DNA of 64,000 bases from positions 84,882 to 148,881 of the IMG/VR virus record IMGVR_UViG_3300009149_000012; one strand, written 5' to 3'. The first letter of the stretch is position 1. Each line of letters opens with the position of its first letter. This stretch comes from a virus. A program made the position numbers and the translations under genes. Below the pieces are notes generated by a model. That model saw nothing but the letters and a program-made list of their open reading frames with translations, was not told the DNA's origin and did not search any database. Shown piece by piece: positions 40,893 to 48,227 of the stretch.

Positions 40893-41352
40893 TCCAAAAC
40901 CACGTCGAAACGGGTCCTCGCTTGAACACGAGGCGGAAGCCTTGTGTCTCGTTCAGGTGCACGATGGAAGGATCCGACTTGCTTCCCGAACCCGTCAGGA
41001 TGCTGCGAAAGTCCTCTTGGAGTCTCGCTCGAAGGGCCCTGCCGTAGCCTTTGCCCCGGTGCTCGGGATGGACCGCCGTGGCGCTGATCGCAACCTCTGG
41101 ATCGAGAGCCTTGATGACGGCAAAGTTCTCGTCCTTTCGCCACAAAAGCAATGGTCTATGGTTGACCCGGCTCGTGGCTACGATGCTGCCGTTATCAAAA
41201 ACCCCGTAGGATGTGTATATCTTGGCAGAGAAGGGTTGACGACTACAAACCCGGGTACCGAAAACGAAAGCCTCTAGAACTCGGGCTTCGTACTTGTCAC
41301 TTGGCTCTTGAAGTTGGTGAACGCTATTCAGGGTATCTCTCAGCAAGTCCAC
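40846..41352 (-). CDS. GNAT acetyltransferase-like protein
   Basis: AVHPEHRGKGYGRAL; start uncertain. Confidence 0.55.
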   Translation of the reverse strand: MDLLRDTLNSVHQLQEPSDKYEARVLEAFVFGTRVCSRQPFSAKIYTSYGVFDNGSIVATSRVNHRPLLLWRKDENFAVIKALDPEVAISATAVHPEHRGKGYGRALRARLQEDFRSILTGSGSKSDPSIVHLNETQGFRLVFKRGPVSTWFWTRSCGNVEMSAGAER

Positions 41353-41656
41353 GCCTCACCATCTCCTCATTGACGTCGATGGTCTTTACACCGTCGTCAA
41401 CGTAGAGGGTGCCAATCCACCGACCATACTTACCAGTTTTCGTGGTTTTAACCGTGATCTGACCCTCTGCGAGAAGGTCTGTGATGACCGCCTTGGCAAC
41501 GAGCCCGGCTTCACGTTCAGAGCCACGAATCTCCGGGGTGTCTATCCCTCGAAGCCGAAAGGATTGGACCGTCGTGATGTGGAAGCCCAGATCGACTTTG
41601 AGGTAGACGGTGTCGCCATCGACGACGCGCACCAACTCGGCCTTGTATTCGTACAT
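41324..41656 (-). CDS. Thermonuclease (SNase-like)
   Basis: RVVDGDT, RL.GIDTPE, GKYGR, NEEMV..GLA. Confidence 0.9.
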   Translation of the reverse strand: MYEYKAELVRVVDGDTVYLKVDLGFHITTVQSFRLRGIDTPEIRGSEREAGLVAKAVITDLLAEGQITVKTTKTGKYGRWIGTLYVDDGVKTIDVNEEMVRRGLAERYPE

Positions 41657-41683
41657 GCCCTAAGCCTTGGCACAAGATGATTT

Positions 41684-41758
41684 TGGTGGACCAGATGGGT
41701 GTCGAACCCACAATAGACGGCTTGTAAAACCGCTGCCTTACCGTTTGGCTACCGGTCC
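41684..41758 (-). tRNA. tRNA-Val(TAC)
   Basis: Cloverleaf, CCA. Confidence 0.9.
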
Positions 41759-41825
41759 AAATTGATGGCCGGGCCCTATTACGGGCCTCTTCATAGCGGC
41801 TCCGCAAAGCAGAGCACGCAGCCTG

Positions 41826-41897
41826 AGCGGACGACGAGAATCGAACTCGCAACCGTCTGGATGGGAACCAGATGCGCTACCGTTGCGCCACATCCGC
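41826..41897 (-). tRNA. tRNA-Gly(CCC)
   Basis: Cloverleaf. Confidence 0.9.
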
Positions 41898-41899
41898 AA

Positions 41900-41960
41900 T
41901 AGTTGGCGTACTCTTTCGAGCGTAGGGGCAGTGTGTAGCGACGCCAGTATCCCTACCTTT
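41900..41960 (-). ncRNA. Pseudoknotted tRNA 3' trailer element (C)
   Basis: Crossing helices GTAGGG/CCCTAC and TGGCGT/ACGCCA plus GAAA hairpin. Confidence 0.45.
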
Positions 41961-41963
41961 CGG

Positions 41964-42046
41964 AGCGGACGACCGGGATCGAACCGGCCTGTGCTTTCGC
42001 ACGCCAGGGTGGAAACCTGGTGCCCCGCCATTGAGGCTTCGTCCGC
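41964..42046 (-). tRNA. tRNA-Gly(TCC) with long V-arm
   Basis: Loop TT-TCC-AC; V-arm GTGC-GAAA-GCAC. Confidence 0.85.
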
Positions 42047-42049
42047 AAC

Positions 42050-42209
42050 AGATGGGTTGTAGGGGATCTAATCCTACTTCCCACCAGGTCTTTGACTCAT
42101 CTTCCCCTCGTGCTGGTGATACATGAGCCTTCCCCTTCCATGGCACGAACCAGGTTGAGGCAAGTGCAGCCGTGCTTAATGGCACGCGACATGACGGCGA
42201 CAGCCGCCC
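42050..42209 (-). ncRNA. Candidate spacer ncRNA (D)
   Basis: 160-nt non-coding spacer; 3' hairpin resembling 16S 790 loop. Confidence 0.4.
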
Positions 42210-42283
42210 TGGTGGAGTTGGGGGGAATCGAACCCCCATCCGAGGCTTGCAAAGCCCCTGTACTCCCGTTGTACTACAACCCC
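42210..42283 (-). tRNA. tRNA-Ala(TGC)
   Basis: G3:U70, CCA. Confidence 0.9.
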
Positions 42284-42285
42284 AA

Positions 42286-42549
42286 TCATGATTTTCTATA
42301 CACCGCCCGAAGCACCCCCGCTTTCTCGCGAGGATGGTCGTCGATGATTTGGTCGGCTAGGCTCTCCATGAGCCGATTGACCGACGTCAGAGCCTTCTCA
42401 GCGGGCTCTTGCATCCCAAGCTTGGCATTGTAGTGGTCATCAACGATCACCAGAATGCTGAAAATCTCATCACGAACCGCCCGGAGTCGTACTCCAAGCG
42501 CCTCGTGCTGGATCATCTCAAGTTTTGGTTTCTTTACCGAGCCTGACAT
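42286..42549 (-). CDS. Hypothetical protein
   Basis: GGAG RBS before MSGSVKK. Confidence 0.5.
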   Translation of the reverse strand: MSGSVKKPKLEMIQHEALGVRLRAVRDEIFSILVIVDDHYNAKLGMQEPAEKALTSVNRLMESLADQIIDDHPREKAGVLRAVYRKS

Positions 42550-43303
42550 CGCTCCACTCCACCGGTTTGACATTGGCAAACCGCCTGTCCAAATCAACAG
42601 CGATTTCCGCAGCGTATCGCCGTGCTTGCTGGTACCTCTTGCGCTCCTCGTGCGTGTCGTCTGAAGGGGTCGCTCGGTTGCGGTACATGAGCGCCGCCAT
42701 GTAGGCCGCTGCCACCCAGTCTGAACGAGCATCGTCGGGCACCAAGCACAGGTTCGAATGTTGGTCACTCAAGGGGTAGAAGAACCGGGGTTCCCCCTTG
42801 TCCTCGATAGGCCCAATCGGAAGAGCTTCGTTCTCGGCCTCGACCTTCTCGAAGACGTCCCGGATCTCTTTGGGGAACTTGCTCGTGTCCGTTCGGAAGT
42901 GCTTGCCAGGGTCAGGCTCCTGATTTGTTCGGATGATCGCCCCGTCAAGCCACTCGTACCCATTGCCAATGGTGAAGAAAAGCTGGCCGTCCGCATCCGC
43001 AATCGTCCGGAAGAGAGTCTTGTACTCACGGAACATGGTCTCAAGGGTCGCCTCATAGCTCGTGGGACCATCCTTGAGGTACATCTCGACCCAAGCCAAA
43101 CCGGCCTGCATGGATTCTTCCATGGTTGGGCGAGCCCCAAGGTTGATCCCAACCTCATTTTTGGTGCCGACCTTGTTGACCCAGACCTTCACACTCCACT
43201 CGGGCTCGTCACCGTAAGGCCACACCCCAATGAAGAATCTTTCATGGACCGTCGTTGCGTAGCCGTCATCCCAACGGTCCCATTTGTGTCCGAGCTTTTC
43301 CAT
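42518..43303 (-). CDS. Hypothetical protein
   Basis: 261-aa ORF after GTGTA motif. Confidence 0.7.
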   Translation of the reverse strand: MEKLGHKWDRWDDGYATTVHERFFIGVWPYGDEPEWSVKVWVNKVGTKNEVGINLGARPTMEESMQAGLAWVEMYLKDGPTSYEATLETMFREYKTLFRTIADADGQLFFTIGNGYEWLDGAIIRTNQEPDPGKHFRTDTSKFPKEIRDVFEKVEAENEALPIGPIEDKGEPRFFYPLSDQHSNLCLVPDDARSDWVAAAYMAALMYRNRATPSDDTHEERKRYQQARRYAAEIAVDLDRRFANVKPVEWSDVRLGKETKT

Positions 43304-43354
43304 GAGGTATCCTACACGAGTTTAATATGAGGCCTTCAAGCACAGGAGATCATC

Positions 43355-43792
43355 ATGGACCCGAAAGACCGTCGTTGGAAAACATCCCGTACCGCCATGC
43401 TTGCTGATAGCCACCCCGTTGGCAAAGCGGTCTTGGAAGCCGCCGAAAAGGATATGCACCAGAAGTATCCCGACGCCGGCTTTGAAGGACATGAGGACGA
43501 GTCCAAAGAATCACGCGATGATGGTGCCATGTACCAAGCGTGGTTCGAGGGCGGATTCGAACGAGCCGAAGATGTTGGTGAGGATCTCGACAAGCTCATC
43601 AAACGGATCGGGAAGATCGAGCCCAAGCGGCTAAGCCGCTGGATCCCGGCTGCACGAGAACTGCAAACCGCATATGTCCAGGCTCAAAAGGCTCTTCGGG
43701 AAGCCAAAGGCGCCGTAGACGGCTTGGAGATGGCCTATCGTGGTGGACAAGATGGCATCCAAACCTTCCTGGAATCCACCGAAGACGATTAG
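43355..43792 (+). CDS. Hypothetical protein
   Basis: AGGAG RBS. Confidence 0.7.
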   Translation: MDPKDRRWKTSRTAMLADSHPVGKAVLEAAEKDMHQKYPDAGFEGHEDESKESRDDGAMYQAWFEGGFERAEDVGEDLDKLIKRIGKIEPKRLSRWIPAARELQTAYVQAQKALREAKGAVDGLEMAYRGGQDGIQTFLESTEDD

Positions 43793-43863
43793 AGCCAACA
43801 GTGGGAGTTGAACCCACACCTCACCCATACCAAGGGCGTGCTCTGCCTCTGAGCTATGCTGGC
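43793..43863 (-). tRNA. tRNA-Thr(GGT)
   Basis: Cloverleaf. Confidence 0.9.
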
Positions 43864-43885
43864 AAGTTCTGGTACCTACACCAGA

Positions 43886-43959
43886 TGGTGGAGCCGGGGG
43901 GAATCGAACCCCCATTCTGAGACTGCCAGTCTCATGTCTTCCCGTTGGACGACGGCCCC
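43886..43959 (-). tRNA. tRNA-Ala(GGC)
   Basis: G3:U70, CCA. Confidence 0.9.
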
Positions 43960-44005
43960 ATGCAGATTCTTTTAATAGGTTGCTGTAAAGCAAAGGAACC
44001 TGGAA

Positions 44006-44473
44006 ATGCATTCGCAAGATCCTCGCTGGAAGTATGCCGACACACAACGTGAAGGCACCACCACGTTCAATTTCAAGTCCCCCTTCCCCAAGCAAAATGC
44101 ATACGATGAAGCCTACAAGGGCTGCATCAAGGCGTTTCCAGACTGGTGGCGGCAACGTGAACGGCAAGCCCGTCCCCCCGAATTCGTAAGGGAAGTTCAA
44201 AATCAACTGGGCGGGATCATCGCAGAGTATCAAAAGGCCATCGCCGAGCGCAAGCGAATGGAAAAGCAGGCTTGGGAATTGCAGAAGGCGCACATGGATA
44301 GCCTAAAGCCCTGGAACAAGGGGCTGAAGCTGGCACACGCTGATCTTGTGGACGTGGGGTGGTACTCCGTGTCGATCACAAAAGGTGCCAGGGACGCGAT
44401 CATCGAAACCATCAAACATCTGGAGGAAGCCATCGAGGGCATCGAAGCGTTCCAGATGGACGTGACCGACTAG
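44006..44473 (+). CDS. Hypothetical coiled-coil protein
   Basis: AAGGA RBS. Confidence 0.65.
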   Translation: MHSQDPRWKYADTQREGTTTFNFKSPFPKQNAYDEAYKGCIKAFPDWWRQRERQARPPEFVREVQNQLGGIIAEYQKAIAERKRMEKQAWELQKAHMDSLKPWNKGLKLAHADLVDVGWYSVSITKGARDAIIETIKHLEEAIEGIEAFQMDVTD

Positions 44474-44505
44474 TGGAATCACGGGGATTCGAACCCCCGT
44501 GGCTC
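44474..44505 (-). pseudogene. tRNA 3' fragment / minihelix (T-arm plus acceptor strand)
   Basis: GGGG-TTCGAAT-CCCC-GTGATTCC-A. Confidence 0.5.
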
Positions 44506-44507
44506 AG

Positions 44508-44578
44508 TGGAGCTAGCGGGAATCGAACCCGCATTTCTAGCATGCGACGCTAGCGTCTTCCCGTTGGACAATAGCCCC
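44508..44578 (-). tRNA. tRNA-Ala(CGC)
   Basis: G3:U70. Confidence 0.9.
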
Positions 44579-44621
44579 AATCGAAGCCAATCACCGTTCG
44601 GCCGAACGGTGACCAGCCTCT

Positions 44622-44676
44622 AAGTTCCGCTGAGGATTTGAACCTCTTGACGCGTCTGCCTGCCAGGCACGGAACC
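44622..44676 (-). ncRNA. Mini tRNA-like RNA lacking anticodon loop (E)
   Basis: Acceptor GGTTCCG/CGGAACT, D-like arm, 3-bp stub, T-arm. Confidence 0.55.
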
Positions 44677-44679
44677 TAG

Positions 44680-44750
44680 TTGCGGGAGATGGATTCGAAC
44701 CAACCAAGGAATGGCTTATGAGGCCATCCCGGGCGCCAGCCCTTCCCGCA
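44680..44750 (-). tRNA. tRNA with CAT anticodon (Met/Ile2), minimal D-arm
   Basis: Loop CT-CAT-AA. Confidence 0.75.
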
Positions 44751-44751
44751 C

Positions 44752-44865
44752 AAGTGATCGCATTTGTTTCATGACTACAGGGGCAGTCCGCAAACCCCTC
44801 ATGTGTCACCGGGCTCTCCCCGGGCACCATACTGCGATCAAGCCCAAGCATAGCATGGGCTGAAA
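44752..44865 (-). ncRNA. Candidate spacer ncRNA (G)
   Basis: Closing helix TGATCGCA/TGCGATCA, internal hairpins. Confidence 0.45.
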
Positions 44866-44867
44866 CT

Positions 44868-45323
44868 CTAGTAATCGTAATCGGCACGGGGACTTGAATC
44901 CGTCATGCCGTACCCTCGAAGCCACCTTCGGTTCTGCTCCGTGTGGGTGAACTGGGAAAAGGTTTCCCATGCGTCCGTTCGGCCTTCGCCCGGCTTTCGC
45001 TTGGGTAGGGGCTTGGCTTCCCCTGTGAGGTGGTCGTACTGCGTGGGGCCCGGGATGTGGTCCTCCGTGATCGAGAGAAGCTTCGTGGGAGGAAGCCCCG
45101 GGAAGATCGGATGCTCGTAGATACGCATGCCGTAGCCACCGAACATCTTGCTCGGGAACATCTGCGTCAGGAGTCGATGCGTTTTGATGACCTTGAGCAC
45201 CCGGTCGAAGTCAAGCTGGGGAAGCTCCCCCTCGGGTTTCCAATCAAGCGAACAGTTGTCGCCATGCTTGGGCCAAAGTCGAGCATGAAGCTCCCGCATC
45301 CATTCTAAGTCAGTTTCTTCCAT
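44868..45323 (-). CDS. Hypothetical protein
   Basis: 151-aa ORF; ATG overlaps upstream CCA. Confidence 0.65.
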   Translation of the reverse strand: MEETDLEWMRELHARLWPKHGDNCSLDWKPEGELPQLDFDRVLKVIKTHRLLTQMFPSKMFGGYGMRIYEHPIFPGLPPTKLLSITEDHIPGPTQYDHLTGEAKPLPKRKPGEGRTDAWETFSQFTHTEQNRRWLRGYGMTDSSPRADYDY

Positions 45324-45449
45324 GGTGGAGTCGGCCGGAATCGAACCGGCACCTGGGAGTTAGCGCCCCCTGCTCTACCTGCACCAGGGCCCCCGGGGAA
45401 CAGCGCTATTCTTGCCGGGTAGCATCCGATGAACTTGAGCTACAACCCC
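45323..45449 (-). ncRNA. Ala-type tRNA-like RNA with about 54-nt D-loop insertion (H)
   Basis: G3:U70, A73, CCA, intact D- and T-stems. Confidence 0.75.
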
Positions 45450-45452
45450 TTC

Positions 45453-45603
45453 TGGTGGAGTAGACGGGATTCGAACCCGCCGTGAAGCTACGGTATGCCT
45501 AAAGGCTGTTCTCCAGCCATCCAGAGCCACTGGGTCGCGAACACCAGCTTGATCCCTGGTCCTAGTTTTCGTTTGCAGCAAGGCGACCATGCCTTCCTAC
45601 CCC
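45453..45603 (-). ncRNA. Ala-type tRNA-like RNA with about 83-nt anticodon-loop insertion (I)
   Basis: GGGGTAG/CTACTCC, A73, CCA, T-arm. Confidence 0.75.
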
Positions 45604-45617
45604 ATGTTGTGTTCCTT

Positions 45618-45644
45618 CTAAGGGGTCTACACCGACAGGATCAA
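45618..45644 (-). promoter_or_regulatory. TTGATY-N16-CTTAG promoter motif
   Basis: Repeat motif, upstream of elements I and H. Confidence 0.7.
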
Positions 45645-45654
45645 CCACAATCGG

Positions 45655-45727
45655 AGCCCCCACTGGGATTCGAACCCAGAGCCTTCGGTGTAGGAAACCG
45701 CTGCACGATCCGTCGTGCTATAGGGAC
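45655..45727 (-). tRNA. tRNA-Arg(CCT)
   Basis: Loop TT-CCT-AC. Confidence 0.85.
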
Positions 45728-46144
45728 CTAGTCTTCCAGGATGCGCTGCCACAGGGTAGGGCGAACGATGGTGGGAGGGGCCGAAGCAAACAACGGGTCG
45801 AACCACTCGGTACCCGTCTTGGTCCAGATCTCAGCTAGCTTCCTACGACCCTCAGCGTGGCTGAAAAGCCCAGAAGTCCGAATCTTCTGCTTGACGTCGT
45901 CAGGGACCCGCTTCTCGTCATCAGTGAAGAACTCCTGGACTGCCGAAATAGGGCAACCCACCCACACCTGATCTTCGCCTTCGGTGGTTACCTCAAAGCC
46001 GATCTGCCTTCGAAACGGGATGTCGGCTGCGTAAACCCGATGCGCGCTGGGAAGCGACAGAACGCCCCGGATGCCCGCAAGCATGGCGAACAAGGACTTG
46101 TAGACCAGTTCATTGGAATAGGTGATGTCGTTGACGTCAGGCAT
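45728..46144 (-). CDS. Hypothetical protein with C-terminal TLWQRI
   Basis: ATG 10 nt after GTGTA. Confidence 0.65.
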   Translation of the reverse strand: MPDVNDITYSNELVYKSLFAMLAGIRGVLSLPSAHRVYAADIPFRRQIGFEVTTEGEDQVWVGCPISAVQEFFTDDEKRVPDDVKQKIRTSGLFSHAEGRRKLAEIWTKTGTEWFDPLFASAPPTIVRPTLWQRILED

Positions 46145-46159
46145 CTGTTGAGTCTACAC

Positions 46160-46294
46160 ATTGCAGGTATCGGACTGCACTCCAAAATTGAGGGGATTGC
46201 CCCCAGCCCCCTACAGTTAGCCGCTGAACACGGTCCGGCTATAGGGAGGTGGCGGGGGCGCTGTTCCATTCCAGGGATCCCCTTCCCTGGCAGC
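46160..46294 (-). ncRNA. Candidate spacer ncRNA (J)
   Basis: Hairpins; several 9-11 nt complementarities to other elements. Confidence 0.45.
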
Positions 46295-46297
46295 TAG

Positions 46298-46369
46298 GGT
46301 GACCGACGGGATTCGAACCCGCACATACCTGGACCACAACCAGGCGCTCTACCATTGAGCAACGGCCAC
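46298..46369 (-). tRNA. tRNA-His(GTG)
   Basis: C73; G-1 not encoded. Confidence 0.9.
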
Positions 46370-46371
46370 AG

Positions 46372-46452
46372 CGGAGAGTGTAGGATTCGAACCCGGCCTT
46401 TCGGCACCCGGTTTTCAAGACCGGTGTGGGGACCTTTCCCACCTCACTCTCC
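46372..46452 (-). tRNA. tRNA-Ser(TGA), 8/4-type
   Basis: 8-bp acceptor, V-arm. Confidence 0.8.
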
Positions 46453-46460
46453 AAACGCAG

Positions 46461-46532
46461 CGGAGACGACGGGAATCGAACCCGCACAGCCCACATCGAC
46501 AGTGTGGTGCCCTTCCATTAGGCTACGCCTCC
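46461..46532 (-). tRNA. tRNA-Asp(GTC)
   Basis: Cloverleaf. Confidence 0.9.
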
Positions 46533-46551
46533 AAATTCCTATGATTCTTGA

Positions 46552-46795
46552 ACGGTCTGGGTGGGATTCGAACCCACACCTCCGAGTTTACCACAGCATA
46601 CGCTTCTCGGCATTCTACCGTTAAACCACCTCTCGAACTGCCCTCATAGGCGTCACCACCATCCTCTTCCCACCCTGATCCGATGTCTCCAAGCATGACC
46701 TGTCCAGGCCCTTCCCCTGGCTCACGGTTTTTATAGCGTTAGCTGTGGTTATCATGCGAGTGAACACCGGGGGCTTTCCGCATCCGATGGCTACT
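46552..46795 (-). ncRNA. ncRNA with 3' tRNA-like domain and 19-nt anticodon loop (K)
   Basis: D-arm, CCGAG/CTCGG stem, T-arm; loop pairs upstream. Confidence 0.55.
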
Positions 46796-46872
46796 TGGTG
46801 GGGAAAGGCGGAATCGAACCGCCGACGACGGAGATCTTCAGTCTCCCGCTCTTCCAACTGAGCTACTTCCCC
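46796..46872 (-). tRNA. tRNA-Phe(GAA)
   Basis: Cloverleaf, CCA. Confidence 0.9.
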
Positions 46873-46873
46873 A

Positions 46874-46976
46874 TGGACTCCGGGGTTGGGATCGAACCAG
46901 ACATCCCCCGGTGTGCGCAGCGCCCTTCCAACGACGCCCGCCTACACCAGATGCTCTTCCATTGAGCTACCCGAAT
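46874..46976 (-). ncRNA. tRNA-like RNA with extended anticodon arm (L)
   Basis: D-arm, about 45-nt hairpin, T-loop, CCA. Confidence 0.6.
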
Positions 46977-46979
46977 ACT

Positions 46980-47232
46980 TGTGGGTGCTACCATGCTCTG
47001 GGCACGCACCCGGCACCCTGGTCCCTGCACGGCTGGGGGCTTCGGCTTATCGGGCAGCCTACACCATCACTGTTTTTGAGTCTGTCGACACCCCGAAGTG
47101 AGAACTGGACGTTCCTGCAAGGCGATTCGAACGCCATCCAGATCGCCCCCCTTTGCAGGGGACGTCGCCGCCAGGTACCATGCGACGACGACGCTGGTCC
47201 CTTCAGGATGGTACCACCCTGAAGTGCAGAAA
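46980..47232 (-). ncRNA. Candidate spacer ncRNA with T-arm module (M)
   Basis: GACGT.CCTGCAA/TTGCAGG.ACGTC enclosing GGCG-TTCGAAT-CGCC. Confidence 0.5.
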
Positions 47233-47235
47233 CGG

Positions 47236-47307
47236 TCGGGGTAGTGGGGATCGAACCCACCAACGCCTGGACCCAAACCAGGTGGCCCTCCCTGAGCCCT
47301 CACCCCG
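47236..47307 (-). tRNA. tRNA-Pro(TGG)
   Basis: Cloverleaf. Confidence 0.85.
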
Positions 47308-47309
47308 TA

Positions 47310-47675
47310 ATGTCACGACGAAAACTGCAAGACAACAGCCTTTCGGCTCCGGAGAGGCTACCAATTTCTCCACGTATCAGCCATCTCAGCGAACCGAGAG
47401 GACCGACCCGACGGGACTTGAACCCGCACGCCCTTTCGGGCACCGGTTTGCGATTGTAGTCCGACATGCATTCGTGACAAGTAGTAGGTCTCGACGAAAA
47501 TCGACGAAAGTCTTGGTTATGGCCGGCACATTGGGGTCTGGCTCTTTCGAGTAACCCCCGTTCGCCCCGCACCCGTCTGGTCAGAGACCTGAAAGGTGCC
47601 ATCACGCTACCTCAGTCGCCTGAAGATCGCTACCTTAGGACCATTGTAGTATTGTACTTCCGTCCGCATTCGAAA
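47310..47675 (-). ncRNA. About 365-nt candidate ncRNA with Leu-like V/T arms and 23S-like segment (N)
   Basis: GCCC-GAAA-GGGC plus T-arm; GGTCCTAAGGTAGCGA. Confidence 0.55.
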
Positions 47676-47679
47676 CCAG

Positions 47680-47764
47680 TGCGTAGAGCGGGGCTCGAAC
47701 CCGCACGCCCACTATGGAGCACGAGCATCTCAAGCTCGCGTGTCTGCCATTCCACCACCTACGC
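47680..47764 (-). tRNA. tRNA-Leu(GAG)
   Basis: V-arm. Confidence 0.9.
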
Positions 47765-47791
47765 ATAAAATATTTGTACGCTTTGATAAGC

Positions 47792-48148
47792 ATGAACAAG
47801 TTTGCAACTCCACGAGAACTCCTCGTTGAACTTCGCAGTCTGATTGCCACCATCCAAAGTTATGGTGAAGACGGCAAACCTGACCGTCATATGGTCGCCG
47901 AAAAACTTGATGGCTTGGCGAATCGGATGGCCGGGGATCTTCGTCCAAAAAAGATGGCCCCCATCAGCTACACGTACGACCACCCAAGTCTCGGCAAACT
48001 TCTCGTGAACTGGGTAGGCCGAGATGGATGGGTTGTAATTGACGCATCACACAAGGTTTTGGTTGCAAAACTGCTGCCTGGTTTGCAACCCATGGACAAC
48101 CCACGAGCCGCAGACATCCTTCAAAGAGCCGTGGACAAGGCTCTCTAG
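47792..48148 (+). CDS. Hypothetical protein
   Basis: Start MNKFATP after TTTGATA. Confidence 0.65.
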   Translation: MNKFATPRELLVELRSLIATIQSYGEDGKPDRHMVAEKLDGLANRMAGDLRPKKMAPISYTYDHPSLGKLLVNWVGRDGWVVIDASHKVLVAKLLPGLQPMDNPRAADILQRAVDKAL

Positions 48149-48221
48149 AGCGGGTGACGAGAATCGAACTCGCCGGGGACTGCGATGGCAACGCAGCGCT
48201 CCACCTTGGAGCATCACCCGC
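48149..48221 (-). tRNA. tRNA-Gly(GCC)
   Basis: Loop TT-GCC-AT, 6-bp D-stem. Confidence 0.85.
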
Positions 48222-48227
48222 AATTTG

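Noticed and set aside
41760-41822. Hammerhead ribozyme
   Set aside because: TGAAGAG plus hairpin present, but CUGA and GAAA core missing.
44752-44865. Twister ribozyme
   Set aside because: Only partial resemblance; conserved loop and cleavage-site residues absent.
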